From Octopus sinensis (taxonomy: Eukaryota): DNA of 64,000 nt. Positions 10,590 to 22,880 of this stretch are shown one piece after another (the stretch's first letter is position 1; every line of letters begins with the position of its first letter). The translations under genes and the position numbers were made by a program. The notes beneath the pieces are model-generated. The model saw only the letters and a list, made by a program, of their open reading frames with translations, ran no database searches and was not told the origin of the DNA. The stretch is taken from NCBI RefSeq assembly GCF_006345805.1, contig NC_043010.1, forward strand, positions 21,142,001-21,206,000, read 5' to 3'.

Positions 10590-11220
10590 TTCAGGATCCT
10601 CTATCGTCATATGTTGTGGTGTGTTAGTGCTCCATTCTAGTTTTCTATTCAGGCTAGGTTTATTTTCTATTATGTGTGGAGCTTCTGTAATTTGTCTAAT
10701 TGTTGCATCTGATCTATGTGTGGATAATATTTTAATTTCTATGTTATTGATTGACCCCCCCGTGTTCCTGTTCGGCGTGTTGGTACAGAATCGATGAGCT
10801 TTTACCTTCCTTGAGTTGTCTCCAATGCTCATTTACCCGCTCTCCTATGCTTCTTGCCGTTTCCCCTACGTATGTCGTTGTCTTGTTACTGCATCGTCCC
10901 TCTATACATCTTATACTATAGACTACATTTCTGGCTTTACAGTTTGTTTGTGGGCTAAATCTACATACAGTACAGTACTTATCCGTACAGGGGGTTCTAC
11001 TAAAAGGATAGGTTCTACCAATTATAGATTTGATAGGGTTGCCTGGCTTTTTTGCAACCTTAATTCTTAGCTTAAGTTTGTCTTGTGTCCTTCTAAAGCG
11101 GTACGCCAGTTCACCTCCAGGGGTGGTGTCAACGAACATGACACTCTGGTATTTATGGCTATCATACCAAGAGTTGGCCTTCCCTATTTTCTTTTTTGTC
11201 CTTTCTATAGTGTTCCATAT
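10590..11220 (-). pseudogene. PLE GIY-YIG endonuclease domain remnant with one frameshift in the G run at about 10755-10761
   Basis: CTVCRFSPQTNCKARNVVYSIRCIEGRC..YVGETARSIGERVNEH..ILYQHAEQEHGG / IEIKILSTHRSDATIRQITEA.HIIENKPSLNRKLEW. Confidence 0.88.
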
Positions 11221-11242
11221 ATATATGTGTGTGTGTGTGTGT

Positions 11243-11940
11243 ATTTAAATAATGAGGGAGATAAATTGAATATTAATATCAATTTAAAACCGGTAGCCTA
11301 GCCTACAAAAATCTGAAAAATCAGAGAAAATTCTAATACATGTGTATATTTAAAGGGCTAAAAAATCACTAAGTGGTCAGCCGTATGCTAGAAGTAGATC
11401 ACCAACGATCAAACTACAAAGAAAAGAATGTTCTCTAGAGAAAAATTCAGCGGACACCAGAACAATATGCGGGCAAGACAGATGAATATTATATAAAAAA
11501 ACAAGAATTGCTCGCAGACCGGCGGTTTCGCCTATTAACTAATGAATCACTTACGTAATCCCTCGTCTGTAGGCTCGTCAGTGCGATCGTTCCACAGGTA
11601 ATATAATTTGTAAAACTAACCACCAGTTTTCCGTATAAAAACAGACACGTGCTTAGTTTCACCGATTACATTGGGGTTAATTTCAAATGTCTGAGTTCTG
11701 GCGCGCTAAAATTCCGGAAACAAAAACTGCAGCAAATAATTTACTGCAGTTAATGCTGCCTATTAGAGAACATATTTATTTTAACATTTAAATAATGAGG
11801 GAGATAAATTGAATATTAATTTAATTAATATCAATTTAAAACCAGTAGCCTATCATACAAAAATCTGAAAAATCAGAGAAAATTCTGATACATGTGTAGA
11901 ATTTAAAGGGTAGAATTTTCTCTGATTTTTCAGATTTTTG
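11243..11940 (-). mobile_element. PLE pseudo-LTR family A: 543-bp unit, partial tandem repeat and 30-bp inverted tail
   Basis: Direct repeats 11243-11357 and 11786-11910; 11911-11940 is the reverse complement of 11306-11335; hammerhead inside. Confidence 0.8.
11512..11586 (-). ncRNA. Canonical type I hammerhead ribozyme
   Basis: UCGCA-CUGACGA-GCCUA-(35 nt)-UAGGC-GAAA-CC-GCC-GG-UC-UGCGA: all core residues present, three stems pair, GUC cleavage site between 11517 and 11516. Confidence 0.88.
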
Positions 11941-11959
11941 CTACAGTCTTAGGTTGTCC

Positions 11960-12007
11960 AGAGTCTTAGAGTGGATTTGGCAGACGAAAACTGGAAGAAG
12001 ACCGTCG

Positions 12008-12071
<64 letters not shown>

Positions 12072-12230
12072 GTTACTTAGCGGTTCGGCAAAAGAGACCG
12101 ATAGAATAAGTACTGGGCTTACAAAGAATAAGTCCCAGGGTCGATTTGCCCGACTAAAGGCGGTGCTCCAGCATGGCCGCAGTCAAATGACTGAAACAAG
12201 TAAGAGTAAGAGTAAGAGAGTAAGAGTAAG
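11960..12230 (+). mobile_element. SINE family B (CORE-like), 5'-truncated, with internal (TA)n and a LINE-like 3' tail
   Basis: ..GGATTTGGCAGACG..GAAGAAG.CCGTCG-(TA)n-..AAAGAGACCGATAGAATAAGTAC..GGCGGTGCTCCAGCATGGCCGCAGTCAAATGACTGAAAC. Confidence 0.85.
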
Positions 12231-12963
12231 ATTCAGTTGAATTAGGTACTTCAATTGAGGCACCTTACCAGCTCGGTATGGACCGCATAGCTCCAAGTTA
12301 GGCGAACAAAATGTAAATAAATAACAAGGATGTACAGGTGTCAATACATTATTGACTATTTTACCTCAAGCATAAAATAACGAAGGCGGCTTTACACAAT
12401 ATCAAGCCAAACAGGTGTCACTTATTGTGACTGAGGTTGTGTGTGAGTCTGTGTGTGTTTGCGCGTGTATGCGTGTGTGTCTTTGTTTCTGTGTTTGTCC
12501 CTCACTGCCACCGCTTGACAACCGGTGTTTGTTTGTGTATGTCCCCGTAATTTAGCGGTTCCGCCAAACAGAGCGATAGAATAAGTACCAGGCGTAAAGA
12601 GAAGGCAAATAATGAGGTCGATCCATTCGACTAAAAGTTCTTTAAGGTGGTACCCCAGCATGGCCACAGTGTAAAGACAGAAGCAAGTAGTAGACAGAAT
12701 ATCATTTATCTTAGTAAGTAGCCGAGACATCCTCTGGGGTGTTGGGTTTTGTTCTCATAAAAACTGCAATAAGAAAACATAAACGTAACTTTAAATTCTA
12801 ATGCCTGATTAACTTACTACATCGTTGATGACTAAGATCTACCAAAATAATATTATACTAACATCGTAATATTATACGACCATTGTATTTCATTAAGGCA
12901 CGCTAACAAGAGTACATTAATTTACATAGTGTCTACGTAAAACGTATGCACGCACACGTATGC

Positions 12964-13013
<50 letters not shown>

Positions 13014-14234
13014 ACGTATTCATGTACGTATACACGCGAATAAGCAAATATAAGCGTGTGTTTGTGTGTGTGTGTGTGTGTGTTTGTATAACTATATGCA
13101 TATGTTAGCTGTAATTTTCTGTCGTTTGTATAATTCTGTGTGAACGTGCCTAAAGGTAAGACAAAGTATTCTATTGAAGAATTTTGGCGCCGAAGCGTCG
13201 ACGTTGCGTACCATAAAATCTTTAAGACTTTGAGCCGGAGAGTGAGAAACGTGACATACTGTTGACTTTTATGGTAGTGATTTACAAGTAAATCTCTCGA
13301 TAGAATTAATGATGATAACACTATGCAACCACTCATTAAATTGTTTCAACTAACCTTAGTTGATTAATTCGAAGAAAATCCTGTGCGTTTTTGCTTATCC
13401 TTATAGAAATAGCAGTCAAATTACACTGATGTTAAAAGAAGAATAGTCACCATACATAATGTAGTTTATAGGTAGACAAAAAGACAAGGTGGTCATCTGT
13501 GGCCTAATGTCTGCTTGTCCAGGCCTGACCAGGTGCGAGAGAACAGCAACAACAAAAAATGAAGAACATAAAGAAAGAAGAACAACAGTACATTTGTGGA
13601 ATCTAACAATATAGCAGTGGTCAGTGCACCTTACCGTATTTAGTAATAACCTTTTACATCGTGATTTCAAATCTTGCCCAAGTTGCCTCAGTCGTTCATG
13701 ATTCTGGTGCTGATAATATAAAGTGTCAGAGAAGTCGAAAGTTCAATTTAATTGTCTAAAACTCGCCCCGACTCCGTTAAGTTTGGAACCTTTTGCCAAT
13801 TTTAGCGTCGTAGATGTGAAGAGAATTTTTTAGACACAGACAGAATGATGTGAAAGAACGCCTTTTTACGTCTATGCGTTTAAAACACGTAGAGAGTATA
13901 TTAGTCTCTCATCCTTCCGAGGTCGACAAAATAAAGTTCTAGGAGTCATTGAACCCTTTTGATACCAACCCGGCTGAAACCGACTCAGGCTCTGTAGTAC
14001 AAATGTCTTGTTTTCATAAGTTTTGAATTAAAATTTTCCACCGAACCTTAGTCACAATTTATGTTCCTAACACTAGCTTGATGATAACTAAATTATTTTA
14101 CTAAATTCTTTGTTATATTTAAAATTAATTGAAAGAAACACAGAGCATCTCAACAGAAATATGGTAACAAAAGGGTTAAAGAACTGATCCCCTTTAATAA
14201 GTTTTTGACTATTCTACCTATGTTAGACGCGAAG

Positions 14235-14545
14235 GAGCGTGGCCTAGTGGTTAGCGTATTGCACTCGCAAACGCTATCTCATGGGTTCGATTCCCGAACC
14301 GGGTGGTGCGGTGTGTTTTTCAGCATAAACACTGCATTTCACGTTGTCCCAGTCCACTCAGCTGTAAATGATTACGCACTGTGACAGATTATCATCTACC
14401 ACCGGATTAAGAGGAATGTTAGCTTGCTCATCAAGCCAGCGGGGTAGCATCATTCGAACACTAAAACAATACCAAATGCATTGTGACCAGTGATGTATAC
14501 CAACATCCGATAGCTACCGTGGAACTGACACTGTGATACCTACGT
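14235..14545 (+). mobile_element. SINE family C, older copy
   Basis: GCGTGGCCTAGTGGTTAG..GGTTCGATTCCC..TTTCACGTTGTCCCAGTCCACTCAGCTG. Confidence 0.8.
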
Positions 14546-14722
14546 GGGAAACCCTTCTAATTGCAGAAGAAAATTTCCAAACTATTTAACTTCTTCTTGA
14601 AATTACAAAGTCTCCACGTTAAAGAATCTCTTAACTTCATTTTATCTTATTTTAATTTTTACTCGTTTCAGTCGCTGGGAGATGTGTTTGAAATTTTTTT
14701 GTTGAATATATTGACCCAAGTA

Positions 14723-14943
14723 AAGGCAGAAACGTTAGCACGCCGGGCGAAATGCCTAGCCGTATTTCGTCTGTAGTTACATTCCGAGTTCAAATTCCGC
14801 TGAGGTCGATTTTGCCTTTCATCCTTTCGGGGTCGATAAATTAAGTACTAATTACGCACTGGGGTCGATGTAATCGACTTAATCCGTCTGTCTGTCCTTG
14901 TTCGTCCCCTCTGTGTTTAGCCCCTTGTGGGTAGTAAAGAAAT
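14723..14943 (+). mobile_element. SINE family A monomer with 17-bp TSD
   Basis: ATATATTGACCCAAGTA at 14706-14722 and 14944-14960. Confidence 0.92.
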
Positions 14944-15578
14944 ATATATTGACCCAAGTACTTTGTCTAGGATTTGTCTTATCTTCCTTGCAAGGAGGAA
15001 AGGTAAATTTAGCATGGGCAGGATTAGAACACGCAACAGCAAGGAGCACACATAAACAGCACGGTTTATTTTCTCTGATGTTTTATCATTTTTGCCAGTC
15101 GACTGTTGTCTGGTTCTTTCTCAGTTTCTAGATGAGGATGGCAAATACAAGTAATTGCGTGGATTGGTAGAATCGTTAGAATGCCGGACAAAATGTCTTT
15201 TGATATTTGTTCCGGTTCTTTACACACAGAGTTCAAATAGCACTAAGGTCAAATTTCACCTTTCATCTTTCTGCGATCGATAAAATAAAGTACAAGTGAA
15301 ATAATCAATATAATCGATTGATCCCTCTTAACAAACCTTCGACCTTGCACTTATGATAGAAAATGTTTATTTATATGATGTGGAGGAGGGTGGTCGATGC
15401 CAAAATCGGCAGAGCGTCGCAGAAAATGGCTTGCGGTTTTAAGTTACGTTCCTTTGTATTTTGAGACAAAATTCTCCGGGGTCTTCTTTCACTTCCACTG
15501 TTCAGCATTTCAATAAAAAGGTACCAGTAATGTGCTGAGGTTGACATAAATAATTGATTACACCTTCTTCGACACTTT

Positions 15579-15975
15579 GAGGCGATCTGGCAGAAACGTT
15601 AGCACGCTGGGCGAAATGCTGAGCAGTATTTCGTCTGCCGTTACGTTCCGAGTTCAAATTCCGCCGAGGTCGACTTTGCCTTTCATCCTTTCGGGGTCGA
15701 TTAAATAAGTACCAGTTACGCACTGGGGTCGATGTAATCGACTTAATCCGATTGTCTGTCCTTGTTTGTCCCATCTGTGTTTAGCCCCTTGTGGTTAGTA
15801 AAGACATGGGTATTCCGTTTGCTGCTACGTTCTGAGTTCAAACTCCGCCGAGGTCGACTTTGCCTTTCATCCTTTCGGAGATCGATAAATTAAGTACCAG
15901 TTGCGCATTGGGGTTGATTTCATCGACTGACCACACTCCGCATAGATTTTGGGCCTTATGGCTAGAGTAGAGTAT
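15579..15975 (+). mobile_element. SINE family A dimer
   Basis: Full unit with tail module, followed by a second unit starting at GGTATT.. Confidence 0.85.
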
Positions 15976-16042
15976 TGTCACTCTGCGCCCCAATTAAGAA
16001 ACTCACTACCACCACCACCACCACCACCACCACCACTACTAT

Positions 16043-16073
<31 letters not shown>

Positions 16074-16617
16074 GTTGCTGCCACTGCTGCTGCTGAACTG
16101 AGGTGATATTTTGCTCAACCCAATTTCTGCTGCCGACGTCGTTTTACAGCTGAACAAGTGCTAAAATGAAATGAAATATCTTATTGATCCAACTACTTTT
16201 TATCTCTTCCTTTTTTTCTCCATTTCTTTTCTAGTTTTTTTATTATATTTTTCCTTTTACTTTTGTAGCCTGCTTGTGCATTTTATTGTGTGTTGATTGG
16301 CTTCTCCCTACCAAAACATCATATCATGTATTGAACTAAAGCTGAATAGATTCCAATACCGTTTCCGATAGATAATCATATTGGTCTGGTTTTCTTTGGA
16401 AATCACTGAAACGAGTCCGTTTCAGTAAATATAATAAACATGACAAAGAACCGCATAAAGATATTAGCAAGATTTGTAAGGAGACGAACGTACAGAGTAA
16501 CAACATTAGTTGATTTTTCCTCTATATTTTCGTTGTTATAGAAATTCATACACGCTTAACTATTTAACTTTAGAGGAATTGAAGTTGAAAAGAATATAAA
16601 GATATTATAGCAATTTT

Positions 16618-16765
16618 GACCAATCACTGTCAACTATATGCTGATGTATGAATACATAATCCTTTTACAAACGTAAATAGATCGGATAATCTGTAGAGCG
16701 GTAGACGCCTATATAAAAATAAAACGCCTTTATAGCGTCAATTAGGAAGTAGTTTACGCCATTTT
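16618..16765 (+). promoter_or_regulatory. Candidate Pol II core promoter (CCAAT, TATA, Inr-like, ETS, YY1-like motifs)
   Basis: CCAAT 16620-16624; TATATAAAA 16710-16718; TCA with A at 16740 (30 nt after the first T of TATA); GGAAGT 16745-16750; CGCCATTTT 16757-16765; motif evidence only. Confidence 0.25.
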
Positions 16766-17977
16766 GCCTGTACAAATTCGATGTTCTATTTTCCCGGTAT
16801 TACACTCTGTGCTCGCTAGAATACACTTTGAAAGAATTGTTATAAATATGGTGCTTAAATTGAGAACTCTACCCATCAGTTGCTTCAATAATTCTTAAAT
16901 AATCAAATATTTTGTTGTCAGTGCTTGATTCTTGTCATTAGAACGCCAGGAGTCGGGTCTAAGAGTTATTAAAGATACCGTTGCCACTATATTTATCTGC
17001 ACTTTACTAAACTGAAGCGATTTCTTATCAAATCACTTGCGAGCTATCAGTCAGTAGAAAAATAATTTACCGCGCCAAATTGAGAACACTTCCTCAATGT
17101 CATCGCACAAGTTCGACTTATTGTCCTTAATGTTATTAAATGTATATTATTAATATATACTTTATCACGATCTCATCTTACACTTTCTGTCAGCGACTCA
17201 TCACGGCCAGATTAAATTCTATTCAGCTTACTCGTGTAAAGTGACAAGTGCACATCATGATTGAGCTATAATTGTTATAGCACTTGTCGACAGCGAATAG
17301 ACAGAAAGAACAGTGTCGTACAGGAATGTCATACGATATTTACTTTGCTTCCCCCTACGTTTCAAGTTCAAATCTAGCCGGGTTCAAGTTTCTTTCAACC
17401 CTAACGTATTCAGAAAATAAGTGAAAATTTTGCGACCTTGTGCCTATTGCTTGACATCAATATCACAATGAAATTTTTACTATAGATTTTATTTTACACA
17501 CATACTTCAACAAAATTTATATTACTAATTCTTGTAAAGGTTATCTGTAGAGAGATATCCTGTAGAAACTGTAACCAGCACTGATTTTTGTTACGAAACG
17601 TTGTAACAAAAGTCAATGCTGGCAATTAATTTCTATAGAACATCTATAAAGATAACCTCAGTAAGTGGTTTAAAAGCACTGCTAACACAGCATGACATGG
17701 TATTGACTTTTAAAAAAATGTTTAATATACTTTGTAGCATGTTAGGGTTGCATAACGATATACCGCGTCCAAGTGTCCGGGAACAGGGGGTGCAGGTGGT
17801 GCACTGGCACCTCCTAGACTTTTTAGGGGTGCAAAATCCAAATTTGCACCCCCTACATACATTTGTGTCCGTGTGCCTATAAGTTATTAATAATTACTAA
17901 TTTTACACTGTCAATACTAGAACACTTAGAGAATAATTATTATATTACAAACATTGAACATTACCATTTATCGTTTA

Positions 17978-18369
17978 CTAGCAGTATCTCCCGGCGTTGC
18001 TCGGGTTTGTTTCGATTCTTTAGAGTTGGAATTTTTGAAAAATAAAACTTTTGCATTATGTAGCTTGTTATTCTCTTTAAGTGAACATTTTTCTGGTTGA
18101 AATACACCGAAAAATGGCGACACAGCAGTAAAAAAATTCGTAAAAATAGGGATTTTCATAGAAAAAAAGCACCTTTTTGATGTAAATAATTTTTGGTGTT
18201 AACATGGTCCGATTTGAAATTTTTCTTCTACGGAAGAAAGAGCAAGTCTTCTTCTATCATACTCCCAATTTTGATTAACTTGCGTCGCAGGGTCTCGGAG
18301 GAGATAGTGTTAGTTGAAGGCTACCAAACCTGCCATACACAGACAACTTCAAATATATATAGAGAGAGA
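17978..18369 (-). mobile_element. Non-autonomous Helitron, second copy, 392 bp
   Basis: A|TC...CTAG|T ends and hairpin; homologous to 5278-5670 over the full length. Confidence 0.85.
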
Positions 18370-18796
18370 TTTCTCTCAGTCATTGGACTGCGGCCCCGCT
18401 GGTGGGGTAGGGGTGGGGCTGCTTGGACGGGTTTAGCTGAAGAAATCGGTCGGACTACTTAATGCTTTTTCTTAAAATCTTTTGAGTCAGGTAATATATT
18501 TTATCGGTATCTTTTTCCGAGCAGCTATATTATCGAGACGTAAACAAACCAACACTGGTTGTTAAGGCTGACAGGCACAAAGAAAGATTCATTATATATG
18601 TGTGCACGCGCACGTGTGTGCGTTTCTGTATGTGTGTACAACGGGTTTCCATACAGTTTCCGTCCACTAAATTCTTTTATAAGGTATTAGTCGGTCTGCG
18701 GCTGTAATAACAAACATTTACCCAATGTGCCACACAGTGGAACTAAACCCGAAACGACGGGTTGCAAAGCGAGTTCCTTAACGACACAACCAATTC

Positions 18797-19030
18797 TTAT
18801 TTCTTTATTGCCCACGAGGGTCTAAACACAGAGAGGACAAACAAGGACAGACAAAGGGATTAAGCCGATTACATCGACCCCAGTGCGTAACTGGTACTTA
18901 ATTTATCGACCCCAAAAGGATGAAAGGCAAAGTCGACCTGGGCGGAATTTGAACTCAGAACGTAGTGGCAGACGAAATACAGCTAAGCATTTCGCCCGGC
19001 GTGCTAACGATTCTGCCAGCTCACCGTCTT
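18797..19030 (-). mobile_element. SINE family A monomer
   Basis: Family A sequence; flanked by AACCAATT on both sides (probable TSD). Confidence 0.85.
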
Positions 19031-19249
19031 CAAACCAATTGTTGCGATTATAGTACAAATTTCAGTCTACAAATGCTGTAACAACTTTTAGACTACAACA
19101 TTTATACTTCAAAGGATATAGTACAAAATCCTAAAATAACTACAAATCCTACTACGGATTATCCATTGAATTAAGTCTTCTTCTCCAATCTGGTGTCATT
19201 ATTGCACTGTTATTACCATTAAAACTACCTTTCATCCTTTCGGGCTCAA

Positions 19250-20045
19250 TTCTTAGCGTATTTCGCCCGTCGCTACGTGCTGAGTTCAAATTCCGCCAAA
19301 GTCGACTTTGCCTTTCATTCTTTCAGGGTCGATGATAAATTAAGTACCAGTGAAACACTGGGTCGATGCCCCACCCCCACCAAATTTCAGGCCTTGTACC
19401 TTCAGTAAAAAAGATTATCATTAATAGTATTATTATTATAAACACGCCGAGCAGGCAGAATCGATGTTAGTATGCCGGACAAACTATTTAGCGGCGAGCT
19501 GGCAGAAACGTTAGCACGCCGGGTGAAATGCGTAGCCCGTATTTCGTTTGCCGTTACGTTCTGAGTTCAAATTCCGCCGAGGTCGACTTTGCCTTTCATC
19601 CTTTCGGGGTCGATAAATTAAGTACCAGTTACGCACTGGAGTCGATGTAATCGACTTAATCCGTTTGTCTGTCCTTGTTTGTCCCCTCTGTGTTTAGCCC
19701 CTTATGGGTAGTATGGAAATAGGTATTTCGTCTGTCTCCGCCCGGGTCGACTTTGCCTTTCTTCCTTTCGGGATCGATTAAATAAGTACCAGTTACGCAC
19801 TGGGGTCGATATAATCGACTTAATCCGTTTGTCTGTCTTTGTTTGTCCCATCTGTTTAGCCCCTTGTGGGTAGTATGGAAATAGGTATTTAGTCCGTCTT
19901 TACGTTCTGAGTTCCAGTGCTACCGGGGTCGACGCTGCCTTTCATACATTCTGGGTCAATAAAATAGATACCAGTTGAGTACTGAGGTCGATTACATCGA
20001 CTATTTCTCTCCAAGATTGCTGGCCTTGTGCCTAGAACCGAAAGA
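19250..20045 (+). mobile_element. Tandem cluster of about four SINE family A units
   Basis: Repeated GTCGACTTTGCCTTTCATCCTTTCGGGGTCGAT core, with units joined at GAAATA|GGTATTT. Confidence 0.85.
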
Positions 20046-20371
20046 ACAATCATAGCAATTGCGGCATGAATTTTACTATAAAGACTTTATTGCAGTAGGT
20101 TCTCTCTTTCATCTGGCATTTCTTTTCTGTCTCTTATCTTTTACTTGTTTCAGTCATTAGACTGCGGCCATGCTGGGGCACCGCCTTGAAGTTTTTGGTC
20201 GAATGAATCTACCCAGATACTTATTTTCGTTTTGAGCCAGGTACTTATTCCATCGGTCTCCTTTTGAACCCGCTAAATTACGGGAACGTAAACACCCTAA
20301 CACCGGTTGTCAAGCGGTGGTGGCGAAGTAACAAAGACACACACACATGCATGTGTGTGTGTGTGCGTGGG

Positions 20372-20420
<49 letters not shown>

Positions 20421-20462
20421 TTTTTATATATATACATATATAATAATAATAATATAATAATA

Positions 20463-20495
<33 letters not shown>

Positions 20496-20779
20496 GGCGA
20501 TGCTTCAGCATAACCGCAGTCAAATGATTGAAAAACGTAAAAGAATATACATATATATGTATATATAAGGCTTATTTGGTTCGACTGTTTTGTGCTCTTA
20601 TCCCTAATTCTACGCAAGAAAATTTCTTTTTGCGTGCACCGTCAATTGCGAATTACTCAGTCTTATCGGTAAAGGTACGAAACCGAACAATACCAATTGG
20701 TCGATAACTGATGAAGAATTTCAGATCCTTTGTTTATCTCCCATTCGTCTTTACATTCAATATACGTTACGTCGTTTGT

Positions 20780-20789
20780 TTATACATTT

Positions 20790-20864
<75 letters not shown>

Positions 20865-20935
20865 TATATTATTTATATATATATATATACATATATATAT
20901 ACATATATACATACATACATACACACACACACACA

Positions 20936-21010
<75 letters not shown>
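20780..21010. repeat. Compound (TA)n/(TACA)n/(CA)n/(TG)n microsatellite
   Basis: Direct inspection; representative of similar tracts at 4150-4260, 22300-22410, 30220-30490, 34500-34800 and 49460-49760. Confidence 0.95.
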
Positions 21011-21324
21011 AGTTCAGCAAAATTTACATTCAGATGAATATGGTGCTTAAGTTAAAGGCACCAGAATTTTGCATGGTATTATCCATAGAAATCAAATGGG
21101 ATGATTATAATCAAAATACGCAACAAGGATATCCAAGGTAGAATAGTAGAATGGCAAATGAAATAAGGAAAAGAATGTGCATTGTCCGTTCAACTGGTAA
21201 GTTCTATATGTGGCTGAAGATTGCTTGACATTTTTAAACTGATGTAATACTTACAGTGTTTAATAAAATGAAGTAGCATGAAACACTTGTACTACTCTAC
21301 CTTGGATATCCTTGTTGCTAATTT

Positions 21325-21363
<39 letters not shown>

Positions 21364-21720
21364 CCGGAGTAAACACATAAATGTGAAACAAGGTGGAAAA
21401 AAGAGTACTCAAATAATATATGACAAAACAGTGTACTCATAATAATATATGACAAAACAGTGTACATAAAGGAGTAATATGATACGATAAGTACAATATG
21501 TATAAGAGAATATAAATATAAATGAATATAAATATAGATATAAACTACATCTTACAGCTGTTTCAGCCCTGCAGATAAGTATGTCTCATTTTACTTATAT
21601 TAGCCATGTGTGGTAGGTCAATATGTAGTTATAAATGAGACATTTACAAAAATATCCTAAGGCCTCTTCGGAGATTATGAAATACAAACCAAATTACATA
21701 TACACTTACACAAGTGTGGG
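21010..21720. mobile_element. Probable PLE terminal-repeat fragments (family E): 28-bp inverted repeat 21121-21148 / 21290-21317 and a long-loop hammerhead motif
   Basis: Inverted repeat with one mismatch; hammerhead at 21549-21675; embedded in (TA)n. Confidence 0.5.
21549..21675 (-). ncRNA. Degenerate type I hammerhead with a loop II of about 100 nt
   Basis: AUCU-CCGAAGA (U4C)-GGCC..GGCU-GAAA-CAGCUG-UA-AGAU; palindromic stem III ACAGCUGU. Confidence 0.55.
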
Positions 21721-22306
21721 TACATACCCATAATAAATCATATACATATACATATGAGTGCATATACACATACTCCTATACATATACATATACACATACA
21801 TGATAATATAAATAATATAAATCAATAAACATACATATGTTCCATATTCAATGTTACAGTTTTTCAGCTTAATATTGTGATATTACAATATAAAAAACAT
21901 ACACATATTAATACCCAAATGCAGATATACAGAGTCAAGAGTACATTATATTAATTTATATTAATTTACAAAATGTCATTAATGTTAACATCATTACCAT
22001 TATCATTACCACTAATGCTACTAATATCATTATTCTTATTATTAATAACACTAATACTAGCAAAACAATATATAGATCCCATTATTAGCAATATAATAGC
22101 AAAACTAAGGACCACAATAATACTACAGTACCATGCAAAGTATTAAATATCTGTATGTACACTGTTTTGTCATATATTATTCTGTTTGATCTTAATGTTT
22201 CTTATGTGGTGGTTTAATAAAGTATGTGATTGGGTATTATCTGGTAGTTGATATTTGATTTGGATGTATTTCTCCATTTTCTTATTTTGTATATACATCT
22301 ATATAT

Positions 22307-22410
<104 letters not shown>

Positions 22411-22722
22411 CTGAGTGTGTGTTCCTCTGTGTGTGCGTGTTTTTAGATTTGTGTGTGTATAAACACATGCATATATATATATATGCCCGCGCACAGTCAC
22501 ACGCGCACACACACACAAACACACACACACTCACACAATTGTATTGCTTCAATTAATATTCTGATCAACGCTGCAACCATACATATAGCACTGGTTTACA
22601 CCGACTGATTCTGCTGTCGCTCATATTACCAGCACCACCAGAATCACCACCACCACCACCACCACCACCACCACCACCACCACCACCACAACCACTACAA
22701 CCCCCGCTCACATCAATGACAC

Positions 22723-22758
<36 letters not shown>

Positions 22759-22827
22759 AACCACCACCCACATCAACGCCATTACTACTACTACCACCAC
22801 CACAATCACCACCCATATCAACGCCAA

Positions 22828-22880
<53 letters not shown>

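Larger units (their letters stand above)
9850..11220 (-). mobile_element. 5'-truncated Penelope-like element: GIY-YIG ORF end followed by a 3' terminal repeat (family B) with hammerhead
   Basis: GIY-YIG ORF remnant, then (TA)n, then a repeat containing the hammerhead 10051-10095 on the same strand. Confidence 0.8.

Noticed and set aside
13416-13670. 84-aa ORF with a hydrophobic stretch
   Set aside because: No recognisable domain and no consistent pair of splice sites
19250-20045. Repeated units that might suggest a CRISPR or satellite array
   Set aside because: Long, irregular, diverged SINE copies; no constant repeat-spacer period; eukaryotic context
21235-21300. Hammerhead-like CUGAUGU..GAAACACUUGUA on the plus strand
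   Set aside because: No adjacent stem I pairing for type I and no upstream stem III partner for type III
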